Shown here: positions 50,691 to 62,427 of the stretch, in pieces
Layout of the letters: every line of letters starts with the position of its first letter
How positions within the stretch are numbered: position 1 is the first letter of the stretch
Origin: Raja brachyura
Lineage: Eukaryota
Length of the DNA stretch: 64,000 bases
Assembly (NCBI GenBank): GCA_963514005.1
Contig: OY740783.1
Span: 6,138,001 to 6,202,000, forward strand
Reading direction: 5' to 3'
Notes under the pieces: model-generated
The model's input: the letters and a program-made list of their open reading frames with translations, nothing else
What the model was told of the DNA's origin: nothing
Database searches by the model: none
Program-made: the position numbers and the translations under genes

Positions 50691-50889
50691 AATTGTCCTA
50701 ATCAGATCCAATCAAGCCAATTAGCACATTAACTCTTCGCCCACCAGTGGCCAATCAATGTTTGTTGCACACATCATGATATCCACCTGGGGCAGTAGTT
50801 GTCTGCGGGACAATAATTGCTCTCATTGACTCATTGCTCTTTGCACAAAGTGGCTGCTTGCATTTCCTTAAGTCAGAGACGACCATAAC

Positions 50890-51452
50890 ACACAGAATCA
50901 GAATTAGGCCATTCGGCCCATCGAGTCCACTCCACCATTCAATCATGGCTGATGTATCTCTCCATCCTAACCCCGTTCTCCTGCCCATAATCCCTGACAC
51001 CCGTACTAATCACGAATCTATCTATCTTGGTCTTAAAAATATCCACTGACGACCTCCACCGCCATCTGTGGCAATGAATCCCACAGATTCACCACCCTCT
51101 GAGTCCGTACTGACCAGCGATCACCCCGTACACTAGTGTAGAGATACAGCGCTGAAACAGGCCCTTCGGCCCACCGAGTCCGTACTGACCAGCGACCACC
51201 CCATACACTAACACTATCCCACACTCTAGGGACAGTTTTACAATTACCGAATTACCAAAGGCAATTAACCTACAATCCCGCACGTCTTTGGAGTGTGGGA
51301 TGAAACCGGAGCACACGGAGAAAAACCCTCGCAGGTAATGGAGAGAACGTGCAAACACCGTACAGACAGCACCCGTGGGATGGATGGATGGAACCCGGGT
51401 CTCTAGCGCTGTGAGGCAGCAACTCTACCGCTGCGTCACCGTGACGACCCAT
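50890..51452 (-). mobile_element. CR1 3' end (50890-51100) and V-SINE/HE1-like SINE (51130-51452)
   Basis: Minus strand GGGTCGTCACGGTGACGCAGCGGTAGAGTTGCTGCCTCACAGCG tRNA-like head, V-domain core, CR1-like tail. Confidence 0.85.
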
Positions 51453-51534
51453 TTTTTGTTATTTTTCTATCCATGATTCCATTTTTATTCCACACCAGCT
51501 CGCTGGCTCACAAATTGTTCACATTGAGAATGTC

Positions 51535-52250
51535 AACCTGAGGGGCAGCGTTTCCACACAGAGGGTGGTGGGTGCATAGAACGAGCTGCCGGAGGAGGTA
51601 GTTGAGTCAGGGACTATCACAACACTTGGACAGGTACATGGATAGAACAGGTTTGGAGGGATATGGGCCAAACATGGGCAGGTGTGACTAGTGCAGATGG
51701 GGCATGTTGGTTGGTGTGGGCAAGCTGGGCTGAAGGGCCTGTTTCCGTGACTCTGGGACCAGTGTAGATGTGGCATGTTGGCCGGTGTGGGCAAGGTGGG
51801 CTGAAGGTCCTGTTTCCGTGACTCTGGGACTAGTGTAGATGGGGCATGTTGGCCGGTGTGGGCAAGGTGGGCTGAAGGTCCTGTTTCCGTGACTCTGGGA
51901 CCAGTGTAGATGGGGCATGTTGGCCGGTGTGGGCAAGGTGGGCTGAAGGTCCTGTTTCCGTGACTCTGGGACTAGTGTAGATGGGGCATGTTGGCCGGTG
52001 TGGGTAAGTTGGGCTGAAGGGCCTGTTTCCGCAACTCTGGGACTAGTGTAGATGGGGCATGTTGGCCGGTGTGGGCAAGGTGGGCTGAAGGGCCTGTTTC
52101 CGTGACTCTGGGACTAGTGTAGATGGGGCATGTTGGCCGGTGTGGGTAAGTTGGGCTGAAGGGCCTGTTTCCGCGACTCTGGGAGCAGTGTAGATGGGGC
52201 AAGTTGGCCGGTGTGGGCAAGGTGGGCTGAAGGAAGGGCCTGACTCTGGG
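51535..52250 (+). repeat. CR1 3' end followed by about 8 tandem 71-bp copies of its terminal segment
   Basis: Unit GGGACTAGTGTAGATGGGGCATGTTGGCCGGTGTGGGCAAGGTGGGCTGAAGGGCCTGTTTCCGTGACTCT starting at 51755, 51826, 51897 and so on. Confidence 0.88.
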
Positions 52251-52524
52251 ACACTATGTCATCAGTATTCACTTCTTCTCAGAGTTACTCCGGGTTTTTG
52301 AGTCTATCTTCGGTTTAAATCGGCTTCTGCAGTTCCTTCCCAAACAACATTCTATCTTGTGTTTCATCTTACAATTTAAAGTAATTATTTTCACGTATCA
52401 CAAGTTGAATGGAAAATACTTCTGTCCCCCTCCGAATTCAGAATTCATACGTCATGTTAATCATGCACCTCTGCCCACATCTGTATGCTGATGCTGATCC
52501 CACTTATGACCCTTCAAGAAACTC

Positions 52525-52864
52525 ATGTTCTCCACAGATGCTGCCTGACCCGCTGAGTTACTCCAGCACTCTGTGAAACGTCACCTATCCACGTTCTCCA
52601 CAGATGCTGCCTGACCCGCTGAGTTACTCCAGCACTCTGTGAAACGTCACCTATCCACGTTCTCCACAGATGCTGCCTGACCCGCTGAGTTACTCCAGCA
52701 CTCTGTGAAACGTCACCTACCCATGTTCTCCACAGATGCTGCCTGACCCGCTGAGTTACTCCAGCACTCTGTGAAACGTCACCTATCCACGTTCTCCACA
52801 GATGCTGCCTGACCCGCTGAGTTACTCCAGCACTCTGTGAAACGTCACCTATCCATGTTCTCCA
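52525..52864 (+). repeat. 66-bp tandem array (about 5 copies), same unit as 47131-47497 in the opposite orientation
   Basis: CAGATG starts at 52535, 52601, 52667, 52733, 52801. Confidence 0.9.
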
Positions 52865-53005
52865 GCCTCGCCATTAATCCAACCAAGTGCCAGTTTGGCC
52901 TGGACCCGACGCGATTACCTTTCTCGTTCACCATGTCACCCAACTTTGTGCAACCCCACCAAGGTGGAGGCTATTCGACAGTTTCCCTGCCAACCACAGT
53001 CACAG
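52865..53005 (+). mobile_element. Gypsy RT remnant
   Basis: LAINPTKCQFG..ITFLVHHV..KVEAIRQFP. Confidence 0.65.
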
Positions 53006-53729
53006 CAACCCCTCACACCTGCTCGGGTTAAACCCCATCTGCCACTTCTCGGCCCATTTCTGCAGCAGCTCTGTATCCTGATGTATCTTCTGACAGCCTT
53101 CCTCACTGCAACTCCTGCAATTGTGGTGTAGTCAGCAAACTTACTCACTGACCCATCTCCATTTACACCTAGATCATTTATCTATATATATATAATATAT
53201 ATCTATCACACACAGTAGCGGTCCCAGCACAGATCCCCTGCGGAAGTCCACTGGTCACAGACCTCCAGCCTGAATATCTTCCTTCCACCTCAACCCTCTG
53301 TCGTGCATCAGTAAGCCAGTTCTGAATCCAAAGGAATCTATTTGGAATCGATGTTGGAGAGGGACTGGTTGCTTCAGACACGTTTTTGAAGATGGAAGAA
53401 CGGATTGCACATTCAAATCTAGGTTTTATAAATATAACCATGCAGCACCCAGGGAAAATATAAAGCGACATTTTTATCAAACACTGTTTAGCACTCAGTG
53501 GGAAAACTGTACCATTCTGAACATGAAATGCAGGGAAGGATTTCTAAGCTTAAAATGGACCCAAGTGATTTATCACCATGTTGAGAGGGAGAGATAGATC
53601 AGCCATGATTGAATGGCAGAGTAGAGTTGATGGGCCGAATGGCCTAATTCTGCTCCTATGAGCTTCCGTTACTTCACATTTGCTCAGTCCAATGTCGGAC
53701 ACGTTTGTTTGGTCAGCTGCTGCTTGGCA

Positions 53730-54080
53730 GATGCTGGAAAATCGAAGGTAGACAAAATTGCTGGAGAAACTCAGCGGGTGAGGCAGCATCTATGGAGCGA
53801 AGGATATAGCAACACCGGAAATTGGAGGAACAGCACCTCATATTCCGCTTGGGCAGTCTGCATCCCGATGGCCTGAACATTGAACTCTCCCAATTCCGTT
53901 AACCCTTGATGTCTCCTCTCCTTCCTAGCTCTCCCTCTGCCCTCGGGCTCCTCCTCTTCCTTTTTCCTTTCTTCTCCCCGCCCCCCCTCCCACACACCCT
54001 CCATCAGTCTGAAGAAGGGTTTCGGACCGAAACGTTGCCTATTTCCTTCGCTCCATAGATGCTGCTGCACCCGCTGATTT
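53730..54080. mobile_element. Penelope-derived fragment with a hammerhead-like motif
   Basis: RKLEEQHLIFRLGSLHPDGLNIE GIY-YIG C-terminus; CTGAAGA..GAAACGTT at 54009-54036. Confidence 0.75.
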
Positions 54081-54139
54081 ATCACCATAATACTAGCATA
54101 AGCAGAAATATAAATGTGCTAAGTAAAAAAGGAGAAAGA

Positions 54140-54790
54140 ATTCCCTGGGTGGAAATGGCAACGGCCAGAGTGCACAGCTTTAAGGTGAGAGGGGCAAAGT
54201 GTAAAGGAGATGTGCGGGGCAAGTGTTTTTACACAGAGTGGTGGGGGCCTGGAACGCGCTGCCAGGGGTGGTGGTGGAGGCAGATGCGATAGTGTGTGTT
54301 TAAGAGACCTTTAGACAGACACATGGTTATGCAGACACATGGTTATGCAGGGGATATGGATCACTAGTAGGCAGAGGAGATTAGTTTAATTTAGCATTGG
54401 ATACAGTGGATGTGGAGAGGATGTTTCCACTAATGGGAGAGTCCAGGACATAGCCTCAGAATTAAAGGACGTTGTTTTAGGAAGGAGATGAGGAGAAATG
54501 TATTTAGTTAGAGGGTGGTAAATCTGTGGAATTCATTGCAATCGAAGGCTGTGGGGGCCAAGTCATGGGATATTTTTACAGCAGAGATAGATAGATAGAT
54601 TATAGATTAGTACAGGTGTTAGAGGTTATGGGTGGAAGGCAGGAGAATGGGGTTGAGAGGTAGATCAGCCGTGATTGAATGGCGGAGTAGACCTGATGGG
54701 CTGAATGTCCTAATTCTGTTCCTTATGACCATCCTATTCAGCACAGACATTGAGCCGAAGGACCTGTTACTGTTATATGTTCTCTGTTCA
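54140..54790 (+). mobile_element. Nested CR1 3' fragments
   Basis: Two FTQRVV/3' UTR-type segments. Confidence 0.7.
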
Positions 54791-55222
54791 AACTAGCAAG
54801 GAAATTGTTAAGCACATTTATGATTAATTAGCAAAGGAAACAAATGTGAGCTATGTTTTTGTGGTTATGAGGAATGCAGTCAGTAAGGATGGGAGTTTCA
54901 TAAAGGTATTGGTGGAATGAACACCAGTAAAGAGTAGGGACTGATTAAATGAATAGTTTTTACAAAGTGTCATTGAAGGTACAATTTGTAATGTATTCAT
55001 ACATATTCATGTGTATGTTAATGAGTTGGTGTTCAATATAAGCAGGTAATGTTGGGTAATAAATCTCTCTCTCGTGATCCAGGCAACCAGTGTGTAAGTC
55101 TTGCTCTTCATCTAACACAATTAACACGATGGACCTATCTCTACACTGTTAGTTTTTAGGATTCAATTTGTGTTCATCGCTAAAGTTGCAAACATTAACA
55201 AGATGTAATTTGTGTTTTGCAG

Positions 55223-55429
55223 CTTGTCCTTTTCCACACAGTCTCCATTTCCGTGCCCGCTCTGTTCCCCAGTGCGTGACTCACGGCAGCTTCCCTCAAC
55301 CCTGGCACGAGACGCTCTACTTCCTCTTCACATTCCTCTGGCTCTTCCTGCTGCCCCTCATAATCATGGTCTTCTGTTATGCCAGCATTTTCATAACAAT
55401 CACAAGGAAAACCATTCTAAATGGAAAAT
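55223..55429 (+). pseudogene. GNRHR: GnRH receptor (type II-like) exon 2 with a 1-nt frameshift
   Basis: ttttgcag|LVLFHTVSISVPALF[-1]QCVTHGSFPQPWHETLYFLFTFLWLFLLPLIIMVFCYASIFITITRK..NGK T|gtaggt. This is ECL2-TM5-ICL3 with the phase 0 to phase 1 boundaries of vertebrate GnRHR exon 2. Confidence 0.8.
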
Positions 55430-55539
55430 GTAGGTATTTACTTTCTCTCTACTGCCCAACCAAGAATAATATATATTGATGCAATTCTACAATTTAAGTT
55501 TACAAATCGTTTAGATGTTCTTGTGATAGTCCATGATGG

Positions 55540-55935
55540 CACTTGTGCACACTTGTACATGCTTGTATACACTTGTACACACTTGTACATGCTTCTATTC
55601 ACTGTACACACTTGTACACTCTTCTACACGCTTGTACATGCTTCTATTCACTGTACACGCTTGTACACGCTTGTACACTCTTGTACATGCTTCTATTCAC
55701 TGTACACGCTTGTACACGCTTGTACACGCTTGTACATGCTTGTACATGCTTCTATTCACTGAAAATGCATGTACACGCTTGTACACACTTGTACATGCTT
55801 CTATTCACTGTACACGCTTGTACACGCTTCTATTCACTGTACATGTTGTACACGCTTGTACATGCTTGTACATGCTTCTATTCACTGTACACGCTTGTAC
55901 ACACTTCTATATGCTTGTACACACTTGTACATTCC
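55540..55935. repeat. Minisatellite of about 10-bp TTGTACA(C/T)GC units with TTCTATTCAC spacers
   Basis: Direct inspection. Confidence 0.9.
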
Positions 55936-56024
55936 AAGAAGTAAGCTCTCAAGTATTCCTTTGATTATGGAAGTTTAAAATGATTAAAATTGTGAAGAAA
56001 TCAGAAGGTGCGATGAATATTTGG

Positions 56025-56817
56025 GTGTCACAGTGGCACAGTGGTAGAGTTACTGCCTCACAGTGCCAGAGACTTAGGTTTGATCCTGAATGCTGTCTGG
56101 ATTAGACGGTTTCAGCTACACCGAGAGGTTGGATCGACTTGGATTGTTACTTCCAGAATGTAGGAGGTTGAGGGGAGGTTAGAACGCTGTTCCCATGGTA
56201 GAAATGTCCAACACTAGAGGCCATAGCTATTGGGTGAGAGGGTGGAGATGTGAGGAACAGGTTTTTGTTTACACAGAGTGGTGGGTGCCTGGAATGCACA
56301 GACAGGGCGGTTGGAGGAGGCTGATACGATAGTGGTGTTTAAGAAGTATTTAGATAGTCGTGTGGAAGGGCAGGGAATAGAAGGAATTGGATCCTGTACA
56401 GGTCAATGAGATCAAGTTAACGTCATCATATTTAGTGCAAACATTGTGGGCCGACGAGCCTGTTCCTGTGATGTACTATTCTGTGTTCTTTGCCCAACCT
56501 CTACTTATACCTAATACCCTCTAATGCAGGCATCTTTGTGGTAAACCTCTTCTGCATCCTCTCTAATCTTCTTTTAATGACATGACTAGAACTGCATGCA
56601 ATACTCAAAATGTATATAATTGAAGTCCTATAAAACTGGAGAATGACTTCCTGACTATTAATGAAAGCAAGCAAACCATGTGCCATATAACATGGAAGCA
56701 TGCACAGTAACATACCGTAGAACTAGTGTGAATGGGTGATCGGCAGTCGGTGTGGGATCGGCAAAAATGGGATCGGCACTGGGCCAGTTCCAACACTGTA
56801 TCTCATGGTTGAACTCA
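56025..56817. mobile_element. V-SINE head and tail with intervening old CR1 fragments
   Basis: GGGTGTCACAGTGGCACAGTGGTAGAG head; CR1 3' pieces on both strands. Confidence 0.6.
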
Positions 56818-56901
56818 ACTAACCATATAACCATATAACAATTACAGCACGGAAACAGGCCATCTCGGCCCTTCAAGTCCGTGCTGAACAACTTTTTTCT
56901 C

Positions 56902-59900
56902 TTAGTCCCACCTGCCTGCACTCATACCATAACCCTCCATACCCTTCTCATCCATATGCCTATCCAATTTATTTTTAAATGATACCAACGAACCTGCCGC
57001 CACCACTTCCACTGGAAGCTCATTCCACTGAAGCTCATTCCACACCGCTACCACTCTCTGAGTAAAGAAGTTCCCCCTCATGTTACCCCTAAACCTCTGT
57101 CCCTTAATTCTAAAGTCATGTCCTCGTGTTTGAATCTTCCCTATTCTCAAAGGGAAAAGCTTGTCCACATTAACTCTGTCTATCCCTCTCATCATTTTAA
57201 AGACCTCTATCAAGTCCCCCCTTAACCTTCTGCGCTCCAGAGAATAAAGACCTAACTTATTTAACCTATCTCTGTAACTTAGCTGTTGAAACCCAGGCAA
57301 CATTCTAGTAAATCTCCTCTGTACCCTCTCTATTTTGTTGACATCCTTCCTATAATTGGGTGACCAAAACTGCACACCATACTCCAGATTTGGTCTCACC
57401 AACGCGTTGTACAATTTTAACATTACATCCCAGCTTCTATACTCAATACTCTGATTTATAAAGGCTAGCATACCAAAAGCTTTCTTTACCACCCTATCTA
57501 TATGAGATTCCACCTTCAAGGAACTATGCACGGTTATTCCCAGATCCCTCTGTTCAACTGTATTCTTCAATTCCCTACCGTTTACCATGTACGTCCTATT
57601 TTGATTTGTCCTGCCAAGGTGTAGCACCACACATTTATCAGCATTAAACTCCATCTGCCATCTTCCAGCCCATTTTTCCAACTGGCCTAAATCACTCTGT
57701 AGACTTTGGAAATCCTCTTCATTATCCACAAGACCCCCTATCTTGGTATCATCTGCATACTTACTAATCCAATTTACCACCCCTTCATCCAGATCATTGA
57801 TGTACATGACAAACAACAAAGGACCCAACACAGATCCCTGAGGCACCCCACTAGTCACCTGCCTCCAACCCGACAAACAGCCATCCACCATTACTCTCTG
57901 GCTTCTCCCATTCAGCCACTGTTGAATCCATCTTGCTATTCCTGCATTTATACCCAACAGTTGAACCTTCTTAACCAACCTTCCATGAGGAACCTTGTCA
58001 AAGGCCTTACTGAAGTCCATATAGACAACATCCACTGCTTTACCCTCGTCAATTCCCCTAGTAACCTCTTCAAAAAATTCAAGAAGATTAGTCAAACATG
58101 ACCTTCCAGGCATAAACCCATGTTGACTGTTCCTAATTAGACCCTCTTTATCCAGATACTTATATATATTATCTCTAAGTATCTTTTCCATTAATTTGCA
58201 CACCACTGAAGTCAAACTAACCGGTCTATAATTGCTAGGTTTACTTTTAGAGCCCTTTTTAAACAATGGAACAACATGCGCAGTACGCCAATCCTCGGGG
58301 ACTATTCCCGTTTCTAATGACATTTGAAATATTTCTGTCATAGCCCCGGCTATTTCTACACTAACTTCCCTCAATGTCCTAGGGAATATCCTGTCAGGAC
58401 CTGGAGACTTATCCACTTTTATATTTTTCAAAAGTGCCAGTACTTCTTTTACTTTGAAACTCATAGTATCCATAGCTACTCTACTAGTTTCCCTTACCTC
58501 ACATAATTCAATATCCTTCTCCTTGGTGAATACTGAAGAAAAGAAATTGTTCAATATCTCCCCCATCTCTTTTGGCTCTGCAGATAGCTGTCCACTCGGT
58601 CTCTCCAATGGACCAATTTTATCCCTTGTTATCCTTTTGCTATTAATATAGCTGTAGAAACCCTTTGGATTTACTTTCACCTTACTTGCCAAAGCAACCT
58701 CATATCTTCTTTTAGCTTTTCTAATTTCTTTCTTAAGATTCTTTTTACATTCCTTATACTCCTCAAGCACCTCATTTGCTTCATGCTGCTTATAATTATT
58801 GTAGATCTCCCTCTTTTTCCGAACAAGATGTCCAATTTCCCTTGAAAACCAGGGCTCTTTCCAATTTTTACTGGTTCCTTTCAACCGAACAGGAACATAA
58901 AGATTTTGTACTCTTAAAATTTCCCCTTTAAATGTCCTCCATTTCTCCTCTACATCTTTCCCATAAAACAAAATGTCCCAGTTCACTCCTTTTAAATCAT
59001 CTCGCATCTCGTTAAAGTTAGCCTTTCTCCAATCAAAAATCTCAACCTTAGGCCCAGTTCTGTCCTTCTCCATAATTATATTGAAACTAATGGTATTGTG
59101 ATCACTGGACCCGAAGTGCTCCCCTACGCATACCTCCGCCACCTGTCCCGTCTCATTTCCTAACAGGAGGTCCAGCACTGCCCCTCCTCTAGTAGGCACC
59201 TCTATGTATTGCTGCAAAAAACTATCCTGCACACATTTTACAAACTCCAAACCATCCAGCCCATTTACAGAATATGTTTCCCAGTCTATGTGTGGAAAGT
59301 TGAAATCTCCCACAATCACTACCTTGTGCTTACTACTAATATCTGCTATCTCTTTACATATTTGCTCTTCCAATTCTCGTTCCCCATTTGGCGGTCTATA
59401 ATATACCCCTATAAGCGTTGCTACACCTTTCCCACTTCTAAGTTCCACCCAAATGGCCTCCCTAGATGAGCCCTCCAATCTATCCTGCCAAAGCACTGCT
59501 GTAATATCTTCCCTGACTAGCAATGCAACACCTCCACCTCATGCCCCTCCAATTCTATCACACCTGAAGCAACGAAATCCTGGAATATTTATTTTCCAAT
59601 CACAGCCCTCCTGCAACCATGTTTCACTGATCGCCACAACATCATACTTCCAGGTGTCTATCCAGACTCTAAGCTCATCCACCTTTCTGACAATGCTCCT
59701 AGCATTAAAATATGCACATTTAAGAAACCCCCCATCTCTTGTTCTCTGTTTATTTCCTTTTTTTTCTTTCTCCTCTTGTGTCCGAGTGCTTCCCTTTTCT
59801 GCTTCCTGCCTCCCATTCTGTCTACTAGCTTTTGCTATTTGCATCCCTCGCCCCAACCATTCTAGTTTAAAGTCTCCCCAGTGGCCTTTGCAAATTTCCC

Positions 59901-59961
59901 CGCCAGGATATTGGTCCCCCTCGGGTTCAAGTGCAACCCATCCTTTCTGTACAGGTCCCAC
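56902..59961 (-). pseudogene. CR1 ORF2 (EN and RT) with a single in-frame stop
   Basis: TGA at 59539-59541 within GGA*GGGVALL; 15-nt duplication giving WNELQWNELP near 57020. Confidence 0.9.
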
Positions 59962-60797
59962 CTACCCCAAAAGAAGTCCCAATGATCCAGAAACTTGAAT
60001 CCCTGCCCTCTGCACCAGTCTTTCAGCCAAGCATTTATCCTCCACCTTGCTCCATTTCTACTCTCACTGTCACGTGGCACAGGCAGTAATCCTGAGATTG
60101 TTACCTTTTTGGTCCTTTTCCTCAACTCTCCTCCCAAGTCCTTAAATCCTCCCTTCAGGACCTCTTCCCTTTTTTTACCTATGTCATTGGTACCTATATG
60201 TACCACGACCTCAGGCTCCTCTCCCTCTGATTTGAGGATATCTTGGACACGTTTAGACACGTCCAAGACCTTGGCACCAGGGAGGCAGACCACCATCCTG
60301 GTCTCCTGACTGCGTCCACAGAATCGCCTATCCGACCCCCTAACAATAGAGTCCCCAATTACTATTGCCCTCCTCTTTTTTCCCCTACCTTTCGGAGCAA
60401 CAGGGCCGGTCTCTGTGCTGAAGGCCCGTCCGCTGTCGCTACCCTCGGGTAGGCTGTCACCCCCATCCGTACTCAAACAGGAGTACTTATTTGCCAGGTG
60501 CACTGACATTGGAGTACTCACTCGTTCATGCCTCTGCCCCTTGCCCTTCCTTAGCGTGACCCACATGTCTCTCTCCTGTGGTTTTGGAGTGACCACCTCC
60601 CTATAACTCTCCTCTATCACCTTTTCACTCTCCCTGACCAGGCAGAGGTCATCGAGCTGCTGCTCCAGGATCCTAATACGGTCCCTTAGGAGCCCCATCT
60701 CTCTGCACCTGATGCAGATGTGGACGTCAAGAGGGCCATCCGACACCATGACCTCCCACATCTGACATGCAGTACAGTACACTGCTCTGGCTGACAT
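59862..60797 (-). CDS. CR1 ORF1: zinc finger, coiled coil and SGNH esterase
   Basis: CTAC..CIRC; IVIGDS, PGA, VHIGTND, DGLH blocks. Confidence 0.9.
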   Translation of the reverse strand: MSARAVYCTACQMWEVMVSDGPLDVHICIRCREMGLLRDRIRILEQQLDDLCLVRESEKVIEESYREVVTPKPQERDMWVTLRKGKGQRHERVSTPMSVHLANKYSCLSTDGGDSLPEGSDSGRAFSTETGPVAPKGRGKKRRAIVIGDSIVRGSDRRFCGRSQETRMVVCLPGAKVLDVSKRVQDILKSEGEEPEVVVHIGTNDIGKKREEVLKGGFKDLGGELRKRTKKVTISGLLPVPRDSESRNGARWRINAWLKDWCRGQGFKFLDHWDFFWGRWDLYRKDGLHLNPRGTNILAGKFAKATGETLN

Positions 60798-60886
60798 TCT
60801 CTCGCCTTACCCTGGATCGATATCAGTATATTATAATGGAAACTGCTAGGAGAAATCAGCAGGTATCTGACTCAAACAGCTGCTCC

Positions 60887-61357
60887 CACTGCACCTTTAC
60901 CTTTACTCACCCCCTGTACCTTTACTCACCCACTGTACCTTTACTCACCCACTGTACCTTTACTCACCCCCTGTACCTTTACTCACCCCCTGTACCTTTA
61001 CTCACCCCCTGTACCTTTACTCACCCCCTGTACCTTTACTCACCCCCTGTACCTTTACTCACCCCCTGTACCTTTACTCACCCCCTGTACCTTTACTCAC
61101 CCCCTGTACCTTTACTCACCCCCTGTACCTTTACTCACCCCCTGTACCTTTACTCACCCCCTGTACCTTTACTCACCCACTGTACCTTTACTCACCCACT
61201 GTACCTTTACTCACCCACTGTACCTTTACTCACCCCCTGTACCTTTACTCACCCCCTGTACCTTTACTCACCCCCTGTACCTTTACTCACCCCCTGTACC
61301 TTTACTCACCCACTGTACCTTTACTCACCCCCTGTACCTTTACTCACCCACTGTACT
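60887..61357 (-). repeat. 19-bp tandem array (about 24 copies) in the CR1 5' UTR
   Basis: (G/T)GGGTGAGTAAAGGTACAG on the element strand. Confidence 0.93.
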
Positions 61358-61649
61358 TTTAACCAGAAAGCAGAAATACTAACCAGAGGTTCCACCCAAT
61401 CAGCTGCTTCCTCTAGTCTGCTTCCACCAATCAGCGGCTTCCACCAGAAACCTCCCTATTCAGAATGGAATGTTCCGGATTTAAGTAAAAACAAGCCCCT
61501 GACCCTCCTCCACTCGCTCCAACGGTCCCGGGCCTCTGCCTGAACAAGCCCCGCGCTGGATTTATGTACTCACCGCTCCTGACCCTCCTCCACTCGCTCC
61601 AACGGTCCCGGGTCTCTGCCTGAACTAAACTGAACTAATTCTCTCTCAA

Positions 61650-62425
61650 TCACAATCACAATCACAATAATACTTTATTGGCCAAGTATGTTTTGCAACA
61701 TACAAGTAATTTCATTTTCCACATCAGTCATACCAATAAAAAGCAACGGAACACACAAAACACATTTTAACATGAACATCCACCACAGTGACTCCTCCAT
61801 ATTCCTCACTGTGAAAGAAGGTGAAAAAAAGGTAAAATCTCTTCCCATCTGTGCTCTCCGGCGGTCGGGCCAGGCAAGGGATCAGCTCCGATGTCCACGC
61901 CCCGCGGTGGGGCTCAAAGTCAGGCTGAGGCGGCCTCCAGCTCCATCGATGGTAGGCTGCAGAGCGACCGGAGAATGCGATCCGGAAAATGATCGCATCT
62001 CCGGCAAGGTAACAAATTAAAGTAAGTTTCCCCCGACCCCCCCCCCCCCCCACCCCCCCACTTAAAACAAACCAGAGAACATTTACACAGACTTTTACCA
62101 CACACTAAAAATTAAAAAAAGACAAAAAAACAGACAGACTGTTGGCGGGGCTGCCAATCGTTCGGCGCCCCCTGGTGGTGACATTGGTTGAACATCCTCA
62201 ACTTTTCAACTCCCCCTCCCATTCCGAATTTGACCTTTCTGTCCTGGGCCTCCTGCATGGCCAGAGTGAGTCCCACTGTAAATTGAAGGAGCAGAACCTC
62301 ATTTTGTTTGGGTAGTTTACACCCCAGCGGTATGAACATTGACTTCTCCAATTTCAGGTAGTCCCTGCTTTCTCCCTCCTTCCCCTCCCCTTCCCAGCTC
62401 TCCCACAGCCCACTGTCTCCGCCTC
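61650..62425 (-). mobile_element. Internally deleted LINE-like repeat (61650-62180) and a Penelope fragment (62190-62425)
   Basis: (TTGTGA)n tail with AATAAA on the minus strand; GIY-YIG C-terminus similar to 28380-28560. Confidence 0.6.
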
Positions 62426-62427
62426 TT

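Larger units (their letters stand above)
56818..61625 (-). mobile_element. Full-length CR1 (TATGGTTA-tail family)
   Basis: 5' monomers of about 80 bp (61498-61625), 19-bp array, ORF1, ORF2, microsatellite tail. Confidence 0.95.

Noticed and set aside
47131-52864. 66-bp and 71-bp arrays as CRISPR arrays or hammerhead multimers
   Set aside because: No unique spacers, eukaryotic context, and the units lack the CUGANGA core
55421-55978. Cys/His/Thr-rich ORFs
   Set aside because: Minisatellite translations
60767-61543. 258-aa repetitive ORF
   Set aside because: Read-through of the 19-bp array
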